Shown: positions 48,645-60,527 of the stretch, piece by piece
How positions within the stretch are numbered: the stretch's first letter is position 1
Layout of the letters: every line of letters begins with the position of its first letter
Assembly: GCA_964646415.1 (NCBI GenBank)
Contig: CAZYEL010000004.1
Location: 539 to 64,538, forward strand
DNA length: 64,000 bases
Direction: 5' to 3'
Source of the DNA: an uncultured Candidatus Saccharibacteria bacterium
Lineage (GTDB): Bacteria > Patescibacteriota > Minisyncoccia > UBA6257 > 2-01-FULL-56-20
Position numbers and translations under genes: made by a program
The notes under the pieces: generated by a model
Databases searched by the model: none
Seen by the model: only the letters and a program-made list of their open reading frames with translations
What the model was told of the DNA's origin: nothing

Positions 48645-49292
48645 TTACCGTGACGGAGGAATAAACTTGAAACTCTGCACAATACTGTTGAGCGCGACGG
48701 TAGCTTCTTTTATAAACATCTCATTCCCCCTTCCCTCCTCCAGCCGCGCCGCATCACGCGCGACATCGGAAGGGTATTCATAAAACTGGGCGGACTCCCG
48801 ATAGCGGATAGCGGTTTCGAGCTGATAACACGTACCATTCCTTACCGTCCGGTAATCGTTCATCCTGGCTCTCTGCCCACCCATCGCGGAATCGGGATAC
48901 TCCCGCGTGAAGAACACCACACCGCGTATCGTTTTCCGATCTGTGAGCGTCCGCCGGGTGTATGGGTCAACCTCATAACAATTCTCAACACTCTCTCGTG
49001 CTGAGTCCGCATACACCGTCGCGGAAACGTTTGAATCTTTTTGAAATATCTTCGCCACCGCAAGGCGCGTCGAGCTAAAATATCCCTCGCTACGGTTAAG
49101 TTCTTCGAGCGCAAACGAATCCGGGTAATTAAGTTCGAATCCATACCGCTCATTGCGATACGTGTTCACGCCCGCGGGAACATCTCCTTCCTTCGGCGTC
49201 GTGAACATCGCGTAGACAATCCACGCCACCGCAAGCACTGTCACGATGTTCACGAACGCTCCCGGCGAATCGGAAAAATTTCTCGCGCGCAT
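48645..49292 (-). CDS. hypothetical membrane-anchored protein
   Basis: 215-aa ORF with an N-terminal TM helix. Confidence 0.4.
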   Translation of the reverse strand: MRARNFSDSPGAFVNIVTVLAVAWIVYAMFTTPKEGDVPAGVNTYRNERYGFELNYPDSFALEELNRSEGYFSSTRLAVAKIFQKDSNVSATVYADSARESVENCYEVDPYTRRTLTDRKTIRGVVFFTREYPDSAMGGQRARMNDYRTVRNGTCYQLETAIRYRESAQFYEYPSDVARDAARLEEGRGNEMFIKEATVALNSIVQSFKFIPPSR

Positions 49293-49311
49293 ACTCCTAT
49301 TCTATAACTTT

Positions 49312-50598
49312 CTACAACTCTTTGCTTAACTTGTAGGAGTTGAGCTGCAAATTCCCGGGGCCCCCGATGGAAAGCACCTCCTTGATGGCCTTGACGGGGT
49401 TTTCCACTTTGAGCTCGTGCAAATGTTCCTTCACATACGCATACGCGTCGCGGAAAGGCATCCCCTTCTTTACAAGCCGGTTCGCTTCATGCACCGCGAA
49501 AAACTCGGGTGCGAGCGACTTCATAAGCGTCGCCTTGTTCGGCTTCACGCGCGACATCACGAGCGCCGCAATTTCCAAACTCCGCCGCGCGATGCCCAAC
49601 CCCTTGATGAGCGGCTCCTTCGTGAGCTGCGTGTCGCGGTTGTAGCCGGAGATAAGATTTTTCGAGATGTCTTTGACCTGCGTCTGAAGCGCCACAATCA
49701 CGTTCACGTTGCCCCGCAAGATTTCGAAAACGTCCGGATTCTTCTTCTGGGGCATGATGGACGAGCCGGTGGTGAACTCCGGCGGGAGGAAAAAGAGGGT
49801 GAACTCGGGAGTCGTGAACCAGATCATCTCATTCGAGAGCCGCCCCAGGGTCATCACAATCTTAGTCAGGACCGAGAGAATGTAGGACTCGGTGGGGCCG
49901 CGGCTGTTCACGCAATAAAGCGAGTTCACCTGGAGCCGCCGGAAACCGAGAAGCTTCGTCGTGAGTCTCCGGTCAAGCGGCATGTTCACGCCGAATCCCG
50001 CAGCCGCACCCAGCGGGTTCTGGTCGTTCAAGTCATATGCGGACTCCAAAAGCTTGTGGTCATTGATAAGTTCCTCCAGGTACGCCGCCGCCCAGTGCCC
50101 CACGCTCGAGGGCATCGCGCGGCGCGTGTGCGTGTACCCCGGCATCGGCAAAAATTCGTACTTCTTCGCCATCGCGAGGAACACTTTCTGCGTCTTCACA
50201 AGTTCGTGGCTGATTTGCTTCAGTTTCTTCCGCGTGTAGAGTCGCGTCGCAACCAAAACCTGGTCGTTCCGCGAGCGGCACGTGTGGATTTTCTTTCCTA
50301 GGACGCCGAGCTTCGCGGTCAAGAATCCCTCAATCGCGGTGTGGCAGTCCTCGTCCGAGGGCTGAATCACGAACTTCCCCTGCTTGTGGAGCTTCAAAAT
50401 CTGCTTCAATCCGCGTGTAAGTTTCCGAAGCTCGGAAGCGGTCAATATCTTCGCTTTGTGAAGCGCCTTCGCATGGGCAAGCGATGCCTCGATATCAAAA
50501 GGCAGAAGCCGCGCGTCGAGAATGTAATCATTCCCTACCGTGTACTTCTCGACGAGCGGGTGGAGCTTCGTCAATTTGGATTGCCAGAGTTTAGCCAT
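49312..50598 (-). CDS. argH: argininosuccinate lyase
   Basis: fumarate-lyase signature GSSIMPQKKNPD; start MAKLWQ at the first ATG (the ORF track begins at an upstream GTG). Confidence 0.85.
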   Translation of the reverse strand: MAKLWQSKLTKLHPLVEKYTVGNDYILDARLLPFDIEASLAHAKALHKAKILTASELRKLTRGLKQILKLHKQGKFVIQPSDEDCHTAIEGFLTAKLGVLGKKIHTCRSRNDQVLVATRLYTRKKLKQISHELVKTQKVFLAMAKKYEFLPMPGYTHTRRAMPSSVGHWAAAYLEELINDHKLLESAYDLNDQNPLGAAAGFGVNMPLDRRLTTKLLGFRRLQVNSLYCVNSRGPTESYILSVLTKIVMTLGRLSNEMIWFTTPEFTLFFLPPEFTTGSSIMPQKKNPDVFEILRGNVNVIVALQTQVKDISKNLISGYNRDTQLTKEPLIKGLGIARRSLEIAALVMSRVKPNKATLMKSLAPEFFAVHEANRLVKKGMPFRDAYAYVKEHLHELKVENPVKAIKEVLSIGGPGNLQLNSYKLSKEL

Positions 50599-50632
50599 TG
50601 GATTAGCCACTAGAACTTAGCCACTAGAACTT
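50599..50632. repeat. tandem copies of a 14-nt intergenic repeat unit (TTAGCCACTAGAAC x2 plus partial)
   Basis: the same unit family occurs at 4612-4630, 4695-4714 and 56063-56096. Confidence 0.6.
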
Positions 50633-50638
50633 AGGAAA

Positions 50639-51616
50639 TCACTTCATCAAGAAAATCTTTCGGCCGCTGGTCGTCGCGATCTTCACCAACTCGTCAAAAA
50701 CGTAGTAACGGCAGGTTTCCATAAGCATGCGAAGCTCTATCCACATATCGCCATCAACGAAAGGCAAATAGTAATCGGCAATGTTGTCCACTCCAAGGCC
50801 GACGGTTATTCCGGCTTCAAGCATCTCCGGGACATTGGCGATGGAGTTATGCACCGGGGCCTGATATTGGTCGAGCTGCCTCTGCGAGAGCATCGCCGAC
50901 GGACAAACAACGACCGCAATCCCGGCATCCGCCATTCTTTTGTACAAATCCCGGCGGTATTCTTTGGGCTGGGCGGAGGTGGATACGGCATGTATGGCAA
51001 CCACCCTCCCCTGATACCCATGCTTTACGGTCGCTTTTAAAAGTTTCTCCGTATCGCGCTCATTCGGATTATTCTCCTGGTCAATATGCGCCCACACCGG
51101 CTTATTCAAATTCTTCGCAATGCTGAACATAATGTCTATGTTCTCTTCATCCTTCGGGCGTTCTTTCGAAGGCAGGCCGCCCACCACGTCGCACTTCGCG
51201 GCAATTTCCTCAAAAAGCTTCCGCGCCGCGGGGTCCACAAGTCCTCCCAGGGGCTGCGGCATGGTAACCAGCGTAATCTTGTCCTTATACTCCTCTTTTA
51301 CTTTGACCGCCGCATCAACCGCCTTGTGCCCCACCGCGTCATACGCATCCACGAAGGTCGCGGTGAACTTCACTCCCTGGCTCACCATAATATCGAGCCC
51401 CGTGCGGAGGCGCTCTTCAATTTGCTCCTGCGAAGAAGCCCGTTTTATGTCATCACTCATCCGCCACTTCACCTCCATATCCACCATGGACTGGTCGAGT
51501 CCTTCTTTCGTAATGTAGAACGCTTTGTCGAAATGCGCGTGGCAATTTACAAAGCCGCCTTCCGCCTTCACTGCGGCGAGTAGCTGCTCTTTAAGATCCC
51601 ACGGTTGCCCGCTCAT
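50639..51616 (-). CDS. metal-dependent amidohydrolase (cytosine-deaminase/PyrC-like)
   Basis: NCHAHFD metal-ligand motif near the N-terminus, TIM-barrel amidohydrolase pattern; embedded in the pyrimidine gene cluster. Confidence 0.65.
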   Translation of the reverse strand: MSGQPWDLKEQLLAAVKAEGGFVNCHAHFDKAFYITKEGLDQSMVDMEVKWRMSDDIKRASSQEQIEERLRTGLDIMVSQGVKFTATFVDAYDAVGHKAVDAAVKVKEEYKDKITLVTMPQPLGGLVDPAARKLFEEIAAKCDVVGGLPSKERPKDEENIDIMFSIAKNLNKPVWAHIDQENNPNERDTEKLLKATVKHGYQGRVVAIHAVSTSAQPKEYRRDLYKRMADAGIAVVVCPSAMLSQRQLDQYQAPVHNSIANVPEMLEAGITVGLGVDNIADYYLPFVDGDMWIELRMLMETCRYYVFDELVKIATTSGRKIFLMK

Positions 51617-51668
51617 AAATTGGATGAATGATAGCACGGTACCCAAAGCAACTGCAACACGTCCGAAG

Positions 51669-52781
51669 TCATCCCCGCGCACGCGGGGATCCAGACCCTA
51701 GATTCCCGCTTTCGCGGGAATGACAACGCGCAATCAGCCGAAGAAGCCCCCGGTTTATCTCGCGCGCGAGGCCGGGACCGCGATAGATGAAACCGGTGTA
51801 GACTTGGAGCAGATCGGCCCCTGCGCCAAGCATCGCAAACGCGTCCTCCGCGGTGAAGATTCCTCCTCCGGCAATAATTGCAAACTCCGGCGCGCGTGCC
51901 CGGATGTGCCGGACAATTTCGAGCGCCTTTTGAAAAAGGGGCTTCCCGCTTAATCCTCCTGCTTCCGTTGCGTTTCCGCTCTGCGCGCCTTCGCGGGAAA
52001 GCGTCGTGTTCACCGCAATGATTCCCGCCACTCCCCGCGCGGCGCAGACCTTGAGCACCGCGTCGATTGCTTCAAAACTCAAGTCCGGCGCGATTTTCAC
52101 GAGAATGGGCTTCGGCGCTGTTTTTAAACCAGCCTGCAATGCCTCTCGTTCTTTCACAAGCTGTGCAAGAATCCGGTCGAGCTGCTCCGCCTCCTGGAGC
52201 GCGCGGAGTCCCGGCGTGTTCGGCGAACTTACGTTCACCGCAAAGTAGTCGCCATAGGGATAGAGTGCGCGGAAGGAATAGGCGTAGTCCTCCGCCGCTT
52301 CTTTGAGCGGCGTGATTTTGGATTTCCCGATACTCACGCCGAGCGGAATCGAAAGCTTCCCCTCTTTCTTGAGACGCGCCGCCACCGCATCCGCTCCCTC
52401 GTTGTTGAAACCCATGCGGTTGATGAGCGCTTTGTCTTCGGCGAGCCGAAACATGCGGGGACGCGGATTCCCCGGCTGCGCATGGCGCGTCACCGTCCCC
52501 AACTCGATAAACCCGAACCCCAGCGCTTCAAGCCCTTTGAGCGCCTCACCATCTTTGTCGAATCCGGCGGCAAGCCCCACGGGATTCGGGAAATCAACGC
52601 CGAACGCGCGATGCCCGAGGCGGCTGTCCCTCACTCCGTAGTACGCGGCGCAAAGGCGGCGGCAAAACAAGCATTTACCCAACATGCGAAGCGCCGCGAG
52701 CGCCCAGCCGTGCGCCACTTCCGGGTCGCGCCGCGAGAGGGCGAAGAGAAGCGGACGCACAATGCTTTCATAAAAACTCAT
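51669..52781 (-). CDS. pyrD: dihydroorotate dehydrogenase (class 2)
   Basis: GFDKDGEA, NVSSPNTPGLR, IIAVNTT, IIAGGGI motifs. Confidence 0.85.
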   Translation of the reverse strand: MSFYESIVRPLLFALSRRDPEVAHGWALAALRMLGKCLFCRRLCAAYYGVRDSRLGHRAFGVDFPNPVGLAAGFDKDGEALKGLEALGFGFIELGTVTRHAQPGNPRPRMFRLAEDKALINRMGFNNEGADAVAARLKKEGKLSIPLGVSIGKSKITPLKEAAEDYAYSFRALYPYGDYFAVNVSSPNTPGLRALQEAEQLDRILAQLVKEREALQAGLKTAPKPILVKIAPDLSFEAIDAVLKVCAARGVAGIIAVNTTLSREGAQSGNATEAGGLSGKPLFQKALEIVRHIRARAPEFAIIAGGGIFTAEDAFAMLGAGADLLQVYTGFIYRGPGLAREINRGLLRLIARCHSRESGNLGSGSPRARG

Positions 52782-53578
52782 CCTCGGTAACGGTTAATGC
52801 CATCGCGCAACTCCCGCGCGGCAGCCGCGGGGTCATCCGCAAAAATCACGCCGCGCGAGGAGTTTATAACCATCCCCTTCTTCGCGCTATTCACCCCCGC
52901 CCGCACGGCGGATTCAAGTTCCCCTCCCTGTGCGCCCACGCCGGGCACGAGAAACATCATCTCGCCCGTGAGCGCGCGAATCGTTTTCATCTCCTCGGAG
53001 TAGGTCGCCCCCACGACGAGCATGCAGTTCTGGTTCCCGTTCCACTCGTGGTACACCTTTTCCGCCACAATTTGCCACATCGGCTTATTCCCCACTTTCA
53101 AGTCCTGCAATTCCCCCGCGCCGGGGTTCGATGTGCGGCAGAGAATAATTGCGCCCTTGTCGGGACGGGCGAGAAACGGCTCAAGCGCCTCGCGGCCGAG
53201 ATAGGGATGCAAGGTCATCGCATCAAACCCAAGCCGGTCCAAAATCGAAGCTACGTACCCGCGGTTCGTGTTCCCGATATCCGCCCGCTTCGCGTCGCAA
53301 ATCGTAAAAATGTCGGGATGTGTTTCGCGGAGATACTCCATCGTACGCTTCAGCTCGCGGAGTCCCTGCTCCCCTCTTGCTTCGTAGAACGCAATGTTCG
53401 CCTTGAATGCGGCGGCGAACTCCTGCGTCGTATCGATAATCCACTTGTTGAACGCAAACTGCGGGAATTCTTCCTTCAAAAAACGCGCGGGGAGTTTCTC
53501 GAAGTCCGCATCCAACCCCACGCATGCGAGGGAATTCGCTTTGTCCGCGCGGGAATTATATTTGTCTATTATGCTCAT
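52778..53578 (-). CDS. pyrF: orotidine 5'-phosphate decarboxylase (type 2)
   Basis: LACVGLDAD, ICDAKRADIGNT, LVPGVGAQGG. Confidence 0.8.
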   Translation of the reverse strand: MSIIDKYNSRADKANSLACVGLDADFEKLPARFLKEEFPQFAFNKWIIDTTQEFAAAFKANIAFYEARGEQGLRELKRTMEYLRETHPDIFTICDAKRADIGNTNRGYVASILDRLGFDAMTLHPYLGREALEPFLARPDKGAIILCRTSNPGAGELQDLKVGNKPMWQIVAEKVYHEWNGNQNCMLVVGATYSEEMKTIRALTGEMMFLVPGVGAQGGELESAVRAGVNSAKKGMVINSSRGVIFADDPAAAARELRDGINRYRG

Positions 53579-53622
53579 GATAATTCGATATGTCGAATGT
53601 CGGAGTTTCGGAATATTGATAT

Positions 53623-54255
53623 TTAGTGCTTGCTCGCAAGCCACTTTTCCCCATGCCCCACGGCGGCATTCACCGGAACCCCCTGCTTGCACAGCGGGCA
53701 TTCTGAAGCATCGTACGTGGGCGTCGGAAGGTCTACAAGCGCCGAAAAGGGCACGCCCAGCGTTTTGGAATTTATGTCTTCAGGGACCCGATTTACCATC
53801 ACCGCTGCGGCGACGATGATTCCCCCCGCCGCCCTCACCATATTTAATATCTTTTTCAGAGACCCGCCTGTCGCGACCGTATCCTCCACCACGAGAACTT
53901 TTTTCCCCCTAACCACGCGGTCGTACCCACGCGTGAACGCCAATCCCCCATCGGAGGTTTTCTCGGCGTATGCCGCTAATACTTCTTTCTGCTTGAACTC
54001 TGAAAGATGATAAGCAATCCATTGCGAAAGGATGACTCCACCAAGCACCGGCGATGCAACCACTTCAATGTCGGTCCCTCTATGCCGCAACGCAATTTCC
54101 TTGCAAATCTCGGACGTTTGCTGCGTATGGAGATAAAGCGCGTCTTTGTTCACATATACCGACATATGCCTTCCCGATGTTCCCACAAAGTGGTCGTCAG
54201 TGAGCACCGCGCCCACGCTTTTGAGCATCTCAAGGATTTCATTTGATGAACGCAT
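53623..54255 (-). CDS. pyrE: orotate phosphoribosyltransferase-like PRTase
   Basis: PRPP-binding motif VLVVEDTVATGGS; DDHFVGTSGRHMSVYVN resembles Thermus-type OPRTase. Confidence 0.65.
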   Translation of the reverse strand: MRSSNEILEMLKSVGAVLTDDHFVGTSGRHMSVYVNKDALYLHTQQTSEICKEIALRHRGTDIEVVASPVLGGVILSQWIAYHLSEFKQKEVLAAYAEKTSDGGLAFTRGYDRVVRGKKVLVVEDTVATGGSLKKILNMVRAAGGIIVAAAVMVNRVPEDINSKTLGVPFSALVDLPTPTYDASECPLCKQGVPVNAAVGHGEKWLASKH

Positions 54256-54262
54256 GGCTAGA

Positions 54263-54748
54263 TTATATGCGAACCCGCTCGTATACGAGGAAAGTATGGG
54301 GGATGGCATTCTTTTCATCAACCACTCCCTCCTCCCGGCGCACCTCCCGCCATTCCGCAAAGTTCATTTCGGGGAAAAATACGTCCCCTTTGACGTGTGC
54401 GTGGACGCGCGTGAGGTATACCCGGTCTGTGTACGGCAAAATCTGCCGGAACACTTCCCCGCCGCCCAGGAAAAATATCTCCCCCTCGCCCGCCGCCTGG
54501 ATGGCTTCTTCAATCGACCCCGCCATCACGCACCCTTCGGCCTTGAACGCAGGGTCGCGCGTGAGCACGATGTTCTTCCGCTCCGGCAAGGGCTTGCCGA
54601 TGGACTGGAATGTCCGCATACCCATCACCACGGAATGCCCCTTCGTCACGCGTTTGAAATAGGCGAAGTCCGCCGGAAGATGCCAGGGAATTTTGGGGCC
54701 GTTGCCGATGACGCCATTTTCCGAAACCGCGGCGATGACGGACATCAT
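54263..54748 (-). CDS. folA: dihydrofolate reductase
   Basis: MSVIAAVSENGVIGNGPKIPWHLPADFAYFKRVT and GGGEVF motifs. Confidence 0.8.
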   Translation of the reverse strand: MMSVIAAVSENGVIGNGPKIPWHLPADFAYFKRVTKGHSVVMGMRTFQSIGKPLPERKNIVLTRDPAFKAEGCVMAGSIEEAIQAAGEGEIFFLGGGEVFRQILPYTDRVYLTRVHAHVKGDVFFPEMNFAEWREVRREEGVVDEKNAIPHTFLVYERVRI

Positions 54749-54794
54749 AGGGAGTGAGAGGTGATAAATAATAAGTAATAAGCGATAAGAAGCA

Positions 54795-55724
54795 CTACAC
54801 GGCGATAGGAGCAGAAATCGGCGGATGCGGGTCGTAGTTTTCGAGCGTGAAGTCCTCAAATTTGAAATCAAAGATGGACTTTACGTTCGGGTTGATTTCC
54901 ATCGTAGGGAGCGGACGGGGTTCCCGCGCCAATTGCTCGTCCACCTGTGCGAGATGATTCAGATAAATGTGCACATCGCCGAACGTATGCACGAACTCTG
55001 CGGGTTTGAGTCCCGTCACTTGCGCCATCATCATCGTGAGCAAAGAGTATGACGCGATGTTGAACGGCACACCAAGGAACACATCCGCACTCCGTTGGTA
55101 GAGCTGGCACGAGAGAGTGCCGTTCACCACGATGAATTGGAAGAGCGTGTGGCACGGCGGCGGCGCATGATGATGATTTTTGATGAGCTCCTGAATCTCC
55201 CCCACATTCCAGCCGCTCACAATAATGCGGCGCGATGTCGGGTCGTTCTTTATTAAGTCGACCACGTTTTGTATCTGGTCAATCTCGCCGCCGGAGGGAG
55301 ACTGCCACCGCCGCCATTGCTTGCCGTAGATCGGACCGAGCTCTCCCCACTCCTTCGCGAACGCATCGTCGGACTTCACCTGCGCCACGAACTCCGCGAG
55401 CTCCGTTTTCCACGCCTCCGAGTAGCGCGGATATTGCTCGACGAGATTGTTTTTCTCGAGGTAAATCTGGTACGCCCACTCATTCCAAATTTTTACGTCA
55501 TTTTGCACCAGAAATTGGATGTTGGTGTCTCCGCGCAAAAGCCAGAGCAGCTCGTAAATCACCGAGCGCATATAGAGCTTCTTCGTCGTCATCGCCGGGA
55601 AGCCCTTCTGCAAATCAAAGCGCATCTGCCGCCCGAATGCGGATACCGTGCCGGTGCCGGTGCGATCTTCTTTCTTCGCGCCGTGCTCTTTTATGTCTTT
55701 GAGGAGGTCTAAATACTGACGCAT
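54795..55724 (-). CDS. thyA: thymidylate synthase
   Basis: [22 protein letters not shown] and the catalytic PPCH region. Confidence 0.9.
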   Translation of the reverse strand: MRQYLDLLKDIKEHGAKKEDRTGTGTVSAFGRQMRFDLQKGFPAMTTKKLYMRSVIYELLWLLRGDTNIQFLVQNDVKIWNEWAYQIYLEKNNLVEQYPRYSEAWKTELAEFVAQVKSDDAFAKEWGELGPIYGKQWRRWQSPSGGEIDQIQNVVDLIKNDPTSRRIIVSGWNVGEIQELIKNHHHAPPPCHTLFQFIVVNGTLSCQLYQRSADVFLGVPFNIASYSLLTMMMAQVTGLKPAEFVHTFGDVHIYLNHLAQVDEQLAREPRPLPTMEINPNVKSIFDFKFEDFTLENYDPHPPISAPIAV

Positions 55725-56038
55725 GGGTTTAGGTCAGGATACCAGAAAACCCGCCGCAGGAGAAACCATACTACCTCGAAAAGGAGAGGGTTCTCAAAAT
55801 CTGTTTCATTACCGCCGCGATGATGTAGTTTCGTTTCATACCGATAAATGGCATTGGTAAAACGACGTTACTGTCCACGCTTGAGGGGGAAACTTTACGC
55901 GTAAAATCTATTTTGTTATCAGGGAAATGTAGCAATGGACATTTGCGACTTTCCTCCGGTCATCTCATCCCATGCTTTTGGTAACGCACCTGCGTACTTT
56001 TTTACATAATCAATAAACCCTGGCGGCACGATTGAACC

Positions 56039-56060
56039 AAGCCCCGCTCTCGCGGGGCTT
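56039..56060 (-). terminator. terminator hairpin after groEL
   Basis: GCCCCGCTCTCGCGGGGC, located 40 nt 3' of the groEL stop. Confidence 0.45.
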
Positions 56061-56062
56061 TG

Positions 56063-56096
56063 CCTAAGTCCTACTGGCTAAGTTCTAATGACTACC
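56063..56096. repeat. two tandem 14-nt repeat units (CTAAGTCCTACTGG, CTAAGTTCTAATGA) directly 3' of groEL
   Basis: same family as 4612/4695/50599. Confidence 0.6.
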
Positions 56097-56097
56097 T

Positions 56098-57771
<1,674 letters not shown>

Positions 57772-57868
57772 TTAATAAACGATGCCAATATACGAATTGG
57801 TACTAGTGATACTAATAAAATCTTCGCTATTCGTATTATTAGTATGCATTAGTATATTTGCATCGCGG

Positions 57869-58180
57869 TTACTCGATGATTGCCAAAATATCATCCTCAT
57901 CCCCCACCAAGTATTTCTTCCCTTCGAGCTCAATCTCGTCGGGACCATACTTTTTGAAGAGGACCACGTCACCGACCTTGACCCCCATAGGAACCCGCTC
58001 ACCCTTCTCGTTCAACTTTCCCGGACCCACCGCAACCACCTTTCCCCGCACCGGCTTCTCCTTCTCCGCCGTTTCGGGAAGGACGATGCCCGACTTCGTC
58101 ACCTTCTCCTCCTCTAGCCCCTCAAGAAACAAATGGTTAGATAATGGTTTGAACTGCATAAACTTATGACCTATGACCAA
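57869..58180 (-). CDS. groES: co-chaperonin GroES
   Basis: 103 aa, mobile loop region, KPLSNHLFLE...VVAVGPG. Confidence 0.9.
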   Translation of the reverse strand: MVIGHKFMQFKPLSNHLFLEGLEEEKVTKSGIVLPETAEKEKPVRGKVVAVGPGKLNEKGERVPMGVKVGDVVLFKKYGPDEIELEGKKYLVGDEDDILAIIE

Positions 58181-58245
58181 TAACCTATGACTAAGAATTC
58201 GAAATCCCTGTCATAAGTCATCTGTCATTAGTTATTTGTTAATGA

Positions 58246-58272
58246 CTGGCACTCCCGACTAAAGAGTGCTAA
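58246..58272. promoter_or_regulatory. CIRCE (HrcA operator) upstream of groES
   Basis: CTGGCACTC-N9-GAGTGCTAA versus consensus TTAGCACTC-N9-GAGTGCTAA; about 70 nt upstream of the groES ATG. Confidence 0.8.
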
Positions 58273-58415
58273 CAGGAGTATTTTATTCGCAATGGGAAGA
58301 GTGTCAAGCCCAGTAAAATGCAAAACTCCGGCGATCGCTCGTCGGAGTTCTGATGATACAAAACTTTCTTGCCAAAGGGTCTAAGGATTAGTATCTGAAT
58401 CCGAAGGACTAGAAC

Positions 58416-58949
58416 CTAAAGATTCAAAACCAACTCGCGGAAGAGCACGACGTAGTAGCTCTCAGCCCAAACGTTAATCCAGATATCCCCATAGAAACGC
58501 CAGCCGACAACGCGCCTGAAAAAGGGCGGCACCCTGGGACCGAACGCGCTCAGCCAAACATGTTGTGATTTATCCAAGCACACTATCCAGCGATCCTTCG
58601 GAAGCTGGGCACCATAGCGGCTCGCAAGCACCGCACCACCCCAAGCTCCGGGCAATACACGTTTACACTCATCCGCGAATTTAATAAGCGAATGAAAATA
58701 CTGCGAATGTTGCAGGCAATATACCTCCACCACGTACTTCCTCCCACGCACTACACTCGAATGCGGAAAACGCGCGTCGGTGATATACGATTTCCAACCA
58801 TTCCTAACGAAGGCACCACGTGGACAGGCATCAAGCGTGAAGTTGGCGGGAATTTCCGCCTCAAACTCGTTCACAAACATGAGATGAGGGAATTGGATTG
58901 GTCGGTCAAAGAAAAATTGTGAGGGCGGATACGGGGTCGGGAGTGTCAT
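58416..58949 (-). CDS. hypothetical protein
   Basis: ~178-aa Trp/Tyr-rich ORF, no motif recognised. Confidence 0.35.
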   Translation of the reverse strand: MTLPTPYPPSQFFFDRPIQFPHLMFVNEFEAEIPANFTLDACPRGAFVRNGWKSYITDARFPHSSVVRGRKYVVEVYCLQHSQYFHSLIKFADECKRVLPGAWGGAVLASRYGAQLPKDRWIVCLDKSQHVWLSAFGPRVPPFFRRVVGWRFYGDIWINVWAESYYVVLFRELVLNL

Positions 58950-59105
58950 AACGGTCTCCTTTCTGTTGGTTGTGCGTCTCATCCAAATTTAAGGACCTGA
59001 CGCAGTTGTGTTCCTTGTCGCGCAGTATTTTCACTTCATCGCGATTTTAATATCAAAGAACATGGCGAAACTATGCCACTTTGTAGAGAAAAACGCAAGT
59101 TCGAC

Positions 59106-59372
59106 ATGAAACTCCTCCCACCTGCTACAATCCACAGTATGCGAATCGCTTTCAGCAACCACGCACTCCTCAAACTCCGCCAACGGAGCATCTCGCAAGA
59201 ACTGGTGACTCAGACCGTGCACAACCCCGATTTTACCAAGCCCACGAGGCATCTTCGCGAAGAACGCTACAAGCGTTTCGGCAAAAACTATCTGAAAATA
59301 GTCGTTATCGAAGAACGTGGCACGCTCATCGTGATTACCGCGCACTGGTTGGCAAAAGGGGTAAAGAAGTGA
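59106..59372 (+). CDS. DUF4258-like small protein (toxin-like)
   Basis: ~88 aa; KIVVIEERGTLIVITAHW pattern typical of DUF4258. Confidence 0.45.
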   Translation: MKLLPPATIHSMRIAFSNHALLKLRQRSISQELVTQTVHNPDFTKPTRHLREERYKRFGKNYLKIVVIEERGTLIVITAHWLAKGVKK

Positions 59373-59384
59373 TACAGTACAAGC

Positions 59385-59609
59385 ATGAAAATCACGTACG
59401 ATAAAAAAGTGGATGCGCTCAACGTAACCCTCAAATCAGGCAAGGTGGCGAAAACCATCGAAATCGCGCCGGAGGTCTTTTTAGACGTGGATGCAAAGGG
59501 AAATCCGCTTTACCTTGAAATCATCGGCGCGAGCGAAACACTTGGGAAGAAAAACTTCTCGAAAATCACCATTGGAACGAAATCGTTCCGCCTGCCTATC
59601 GCGGCGTGA
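59385..59609 (+). CDS. DUF2283-like small protein (partner of DUF4258)
   Basis: 74 aa, MKITYDKKVDALNVTL...PLYLEIIGAS pattern; adjacent to the DUF4258 gene, co-oriented. Confidence 0.45.
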   Translation: MKITYDKKVDALNVTLKSGKVAKTIEIAPEVFLDVDAKGNPLYLEIIGASETLGKKNFSKITIGTKSFRLPIAA

Positions 59610-59612
59610 GTA

Positions 59613-60527
59613 TTACCTCTGAATCTCTTCGTAGATATTGAGTATCCCCTTCACGGCATCCCCCGCCGAGATGTTGTTCTGCTTATAAAGCACGTCCGAG
59701 ACATCCCCCACCGCCCAGATGCGGGAGTGCAACGTGCGCTGCGTTTTGTGGTCCACCACAATTTCGCCAAACTTGTTGAGCTCCACTAAATCTTTTACAA
59801 ACTCCGAATTCGGCACCGCGCCGATTTCGACAAACACTCCTTCGACCGCAAGCTCTTTCGCTTCTCCGCTTTTCACATCCGTATACTTCAATCCTTTCAC
59901 AAATGCATCGCCCGTAATCTCCCGCACCTGCACATTAGTGAGCATCGAAAACTTCTCGCTCTTTTGTATCCGCTCAAGCGTCACAGGGTCGCCTTTCGGC
60001 TGCTCCCCCCGCTCGAGAAGATAAATCTTCGCGGCGTACGGGAGCAAATCCCCCACCGCTTCAAGCCCGGAGTTTCCTCCACCCACCACCGCAACCGTTT
60101 TCCCTTTGAAAAGCGGGGCGTCGCACGTGGAGCAATATGCCACACCCTTCCCGTCGAATCTCTCTTCGCCCGGCACATTCAACTTCTTCCGGCGGCTCCC
60201 CGAAGCGATAAAAAGAAACTTCGCTTCGAGCGTTTTCCCATTTTTCGTATTCACCACAAACGAATCCCCTTTGTCGCTTACCGCAGTTACCGTGTCGCCA
60301 TCTACAATCTCTATATCCTCCTGCGCGCGAAGGTGCTCCTCAAGCATTTTCCCCAAGTCAAACCCAGACACGGACTTCGTGCCCACCCAGTTCTGGACAT
60401 CAGTCGAAACGAGCGACTGCCCGCCAAACGTGTCGGTGACGAGCACCGATTTTATTTTCTTTCGCGCGGCGTAAATCCCTGCGGCTACGCCGCCCGGACC
60501 GCCTCCCACAATCAGTAAATCAAACAT
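59613..60527 (-). CDS. trxB: thioredoxin-disulfide reductase-like flavoprotein
   Basis: FAD motif LLIVGGGPGG, redox CSTCD, NAD(P) motif VAVVGGGNSG. Confidence 0.8.
   Translation of the reverse strand: MFDLLIVGGGPGGVAAGIYAARKKIKSVLVTDTFGGQSLVSTDVQNWVGTKSVSGFDLGKMLEEHLRAQEDIEIVDGDTVTAVSDKGDSFVVNTKNGKTLEAKFLFIASGSRRKKLNVPGEERFDGKGVAYCSTCDAPLFKGKTVAVVGGGNSGLEAVGDLLPYAAKIYLLERGEQPKGDPVTLERIQKSEKFSMLTNVQVREITGDAFVKGLKYTDVKSGEAKELAVEGVFVEIGAVPNSEFVKDLVELNKFGEIVVDHKTQRTLHSRIWAVGDVSDVLYKQNNISAGDAVKGILNIYEEIQR

Noticed and set aside
55725-56038. Possible gene or sRNA in the 310-nt spacer between thyA and the groEL terminator
   Set aside because: Only an 18-codon ORF and no recognisable structure; probably the thyA promoter/leader plus the groEL 3' region.
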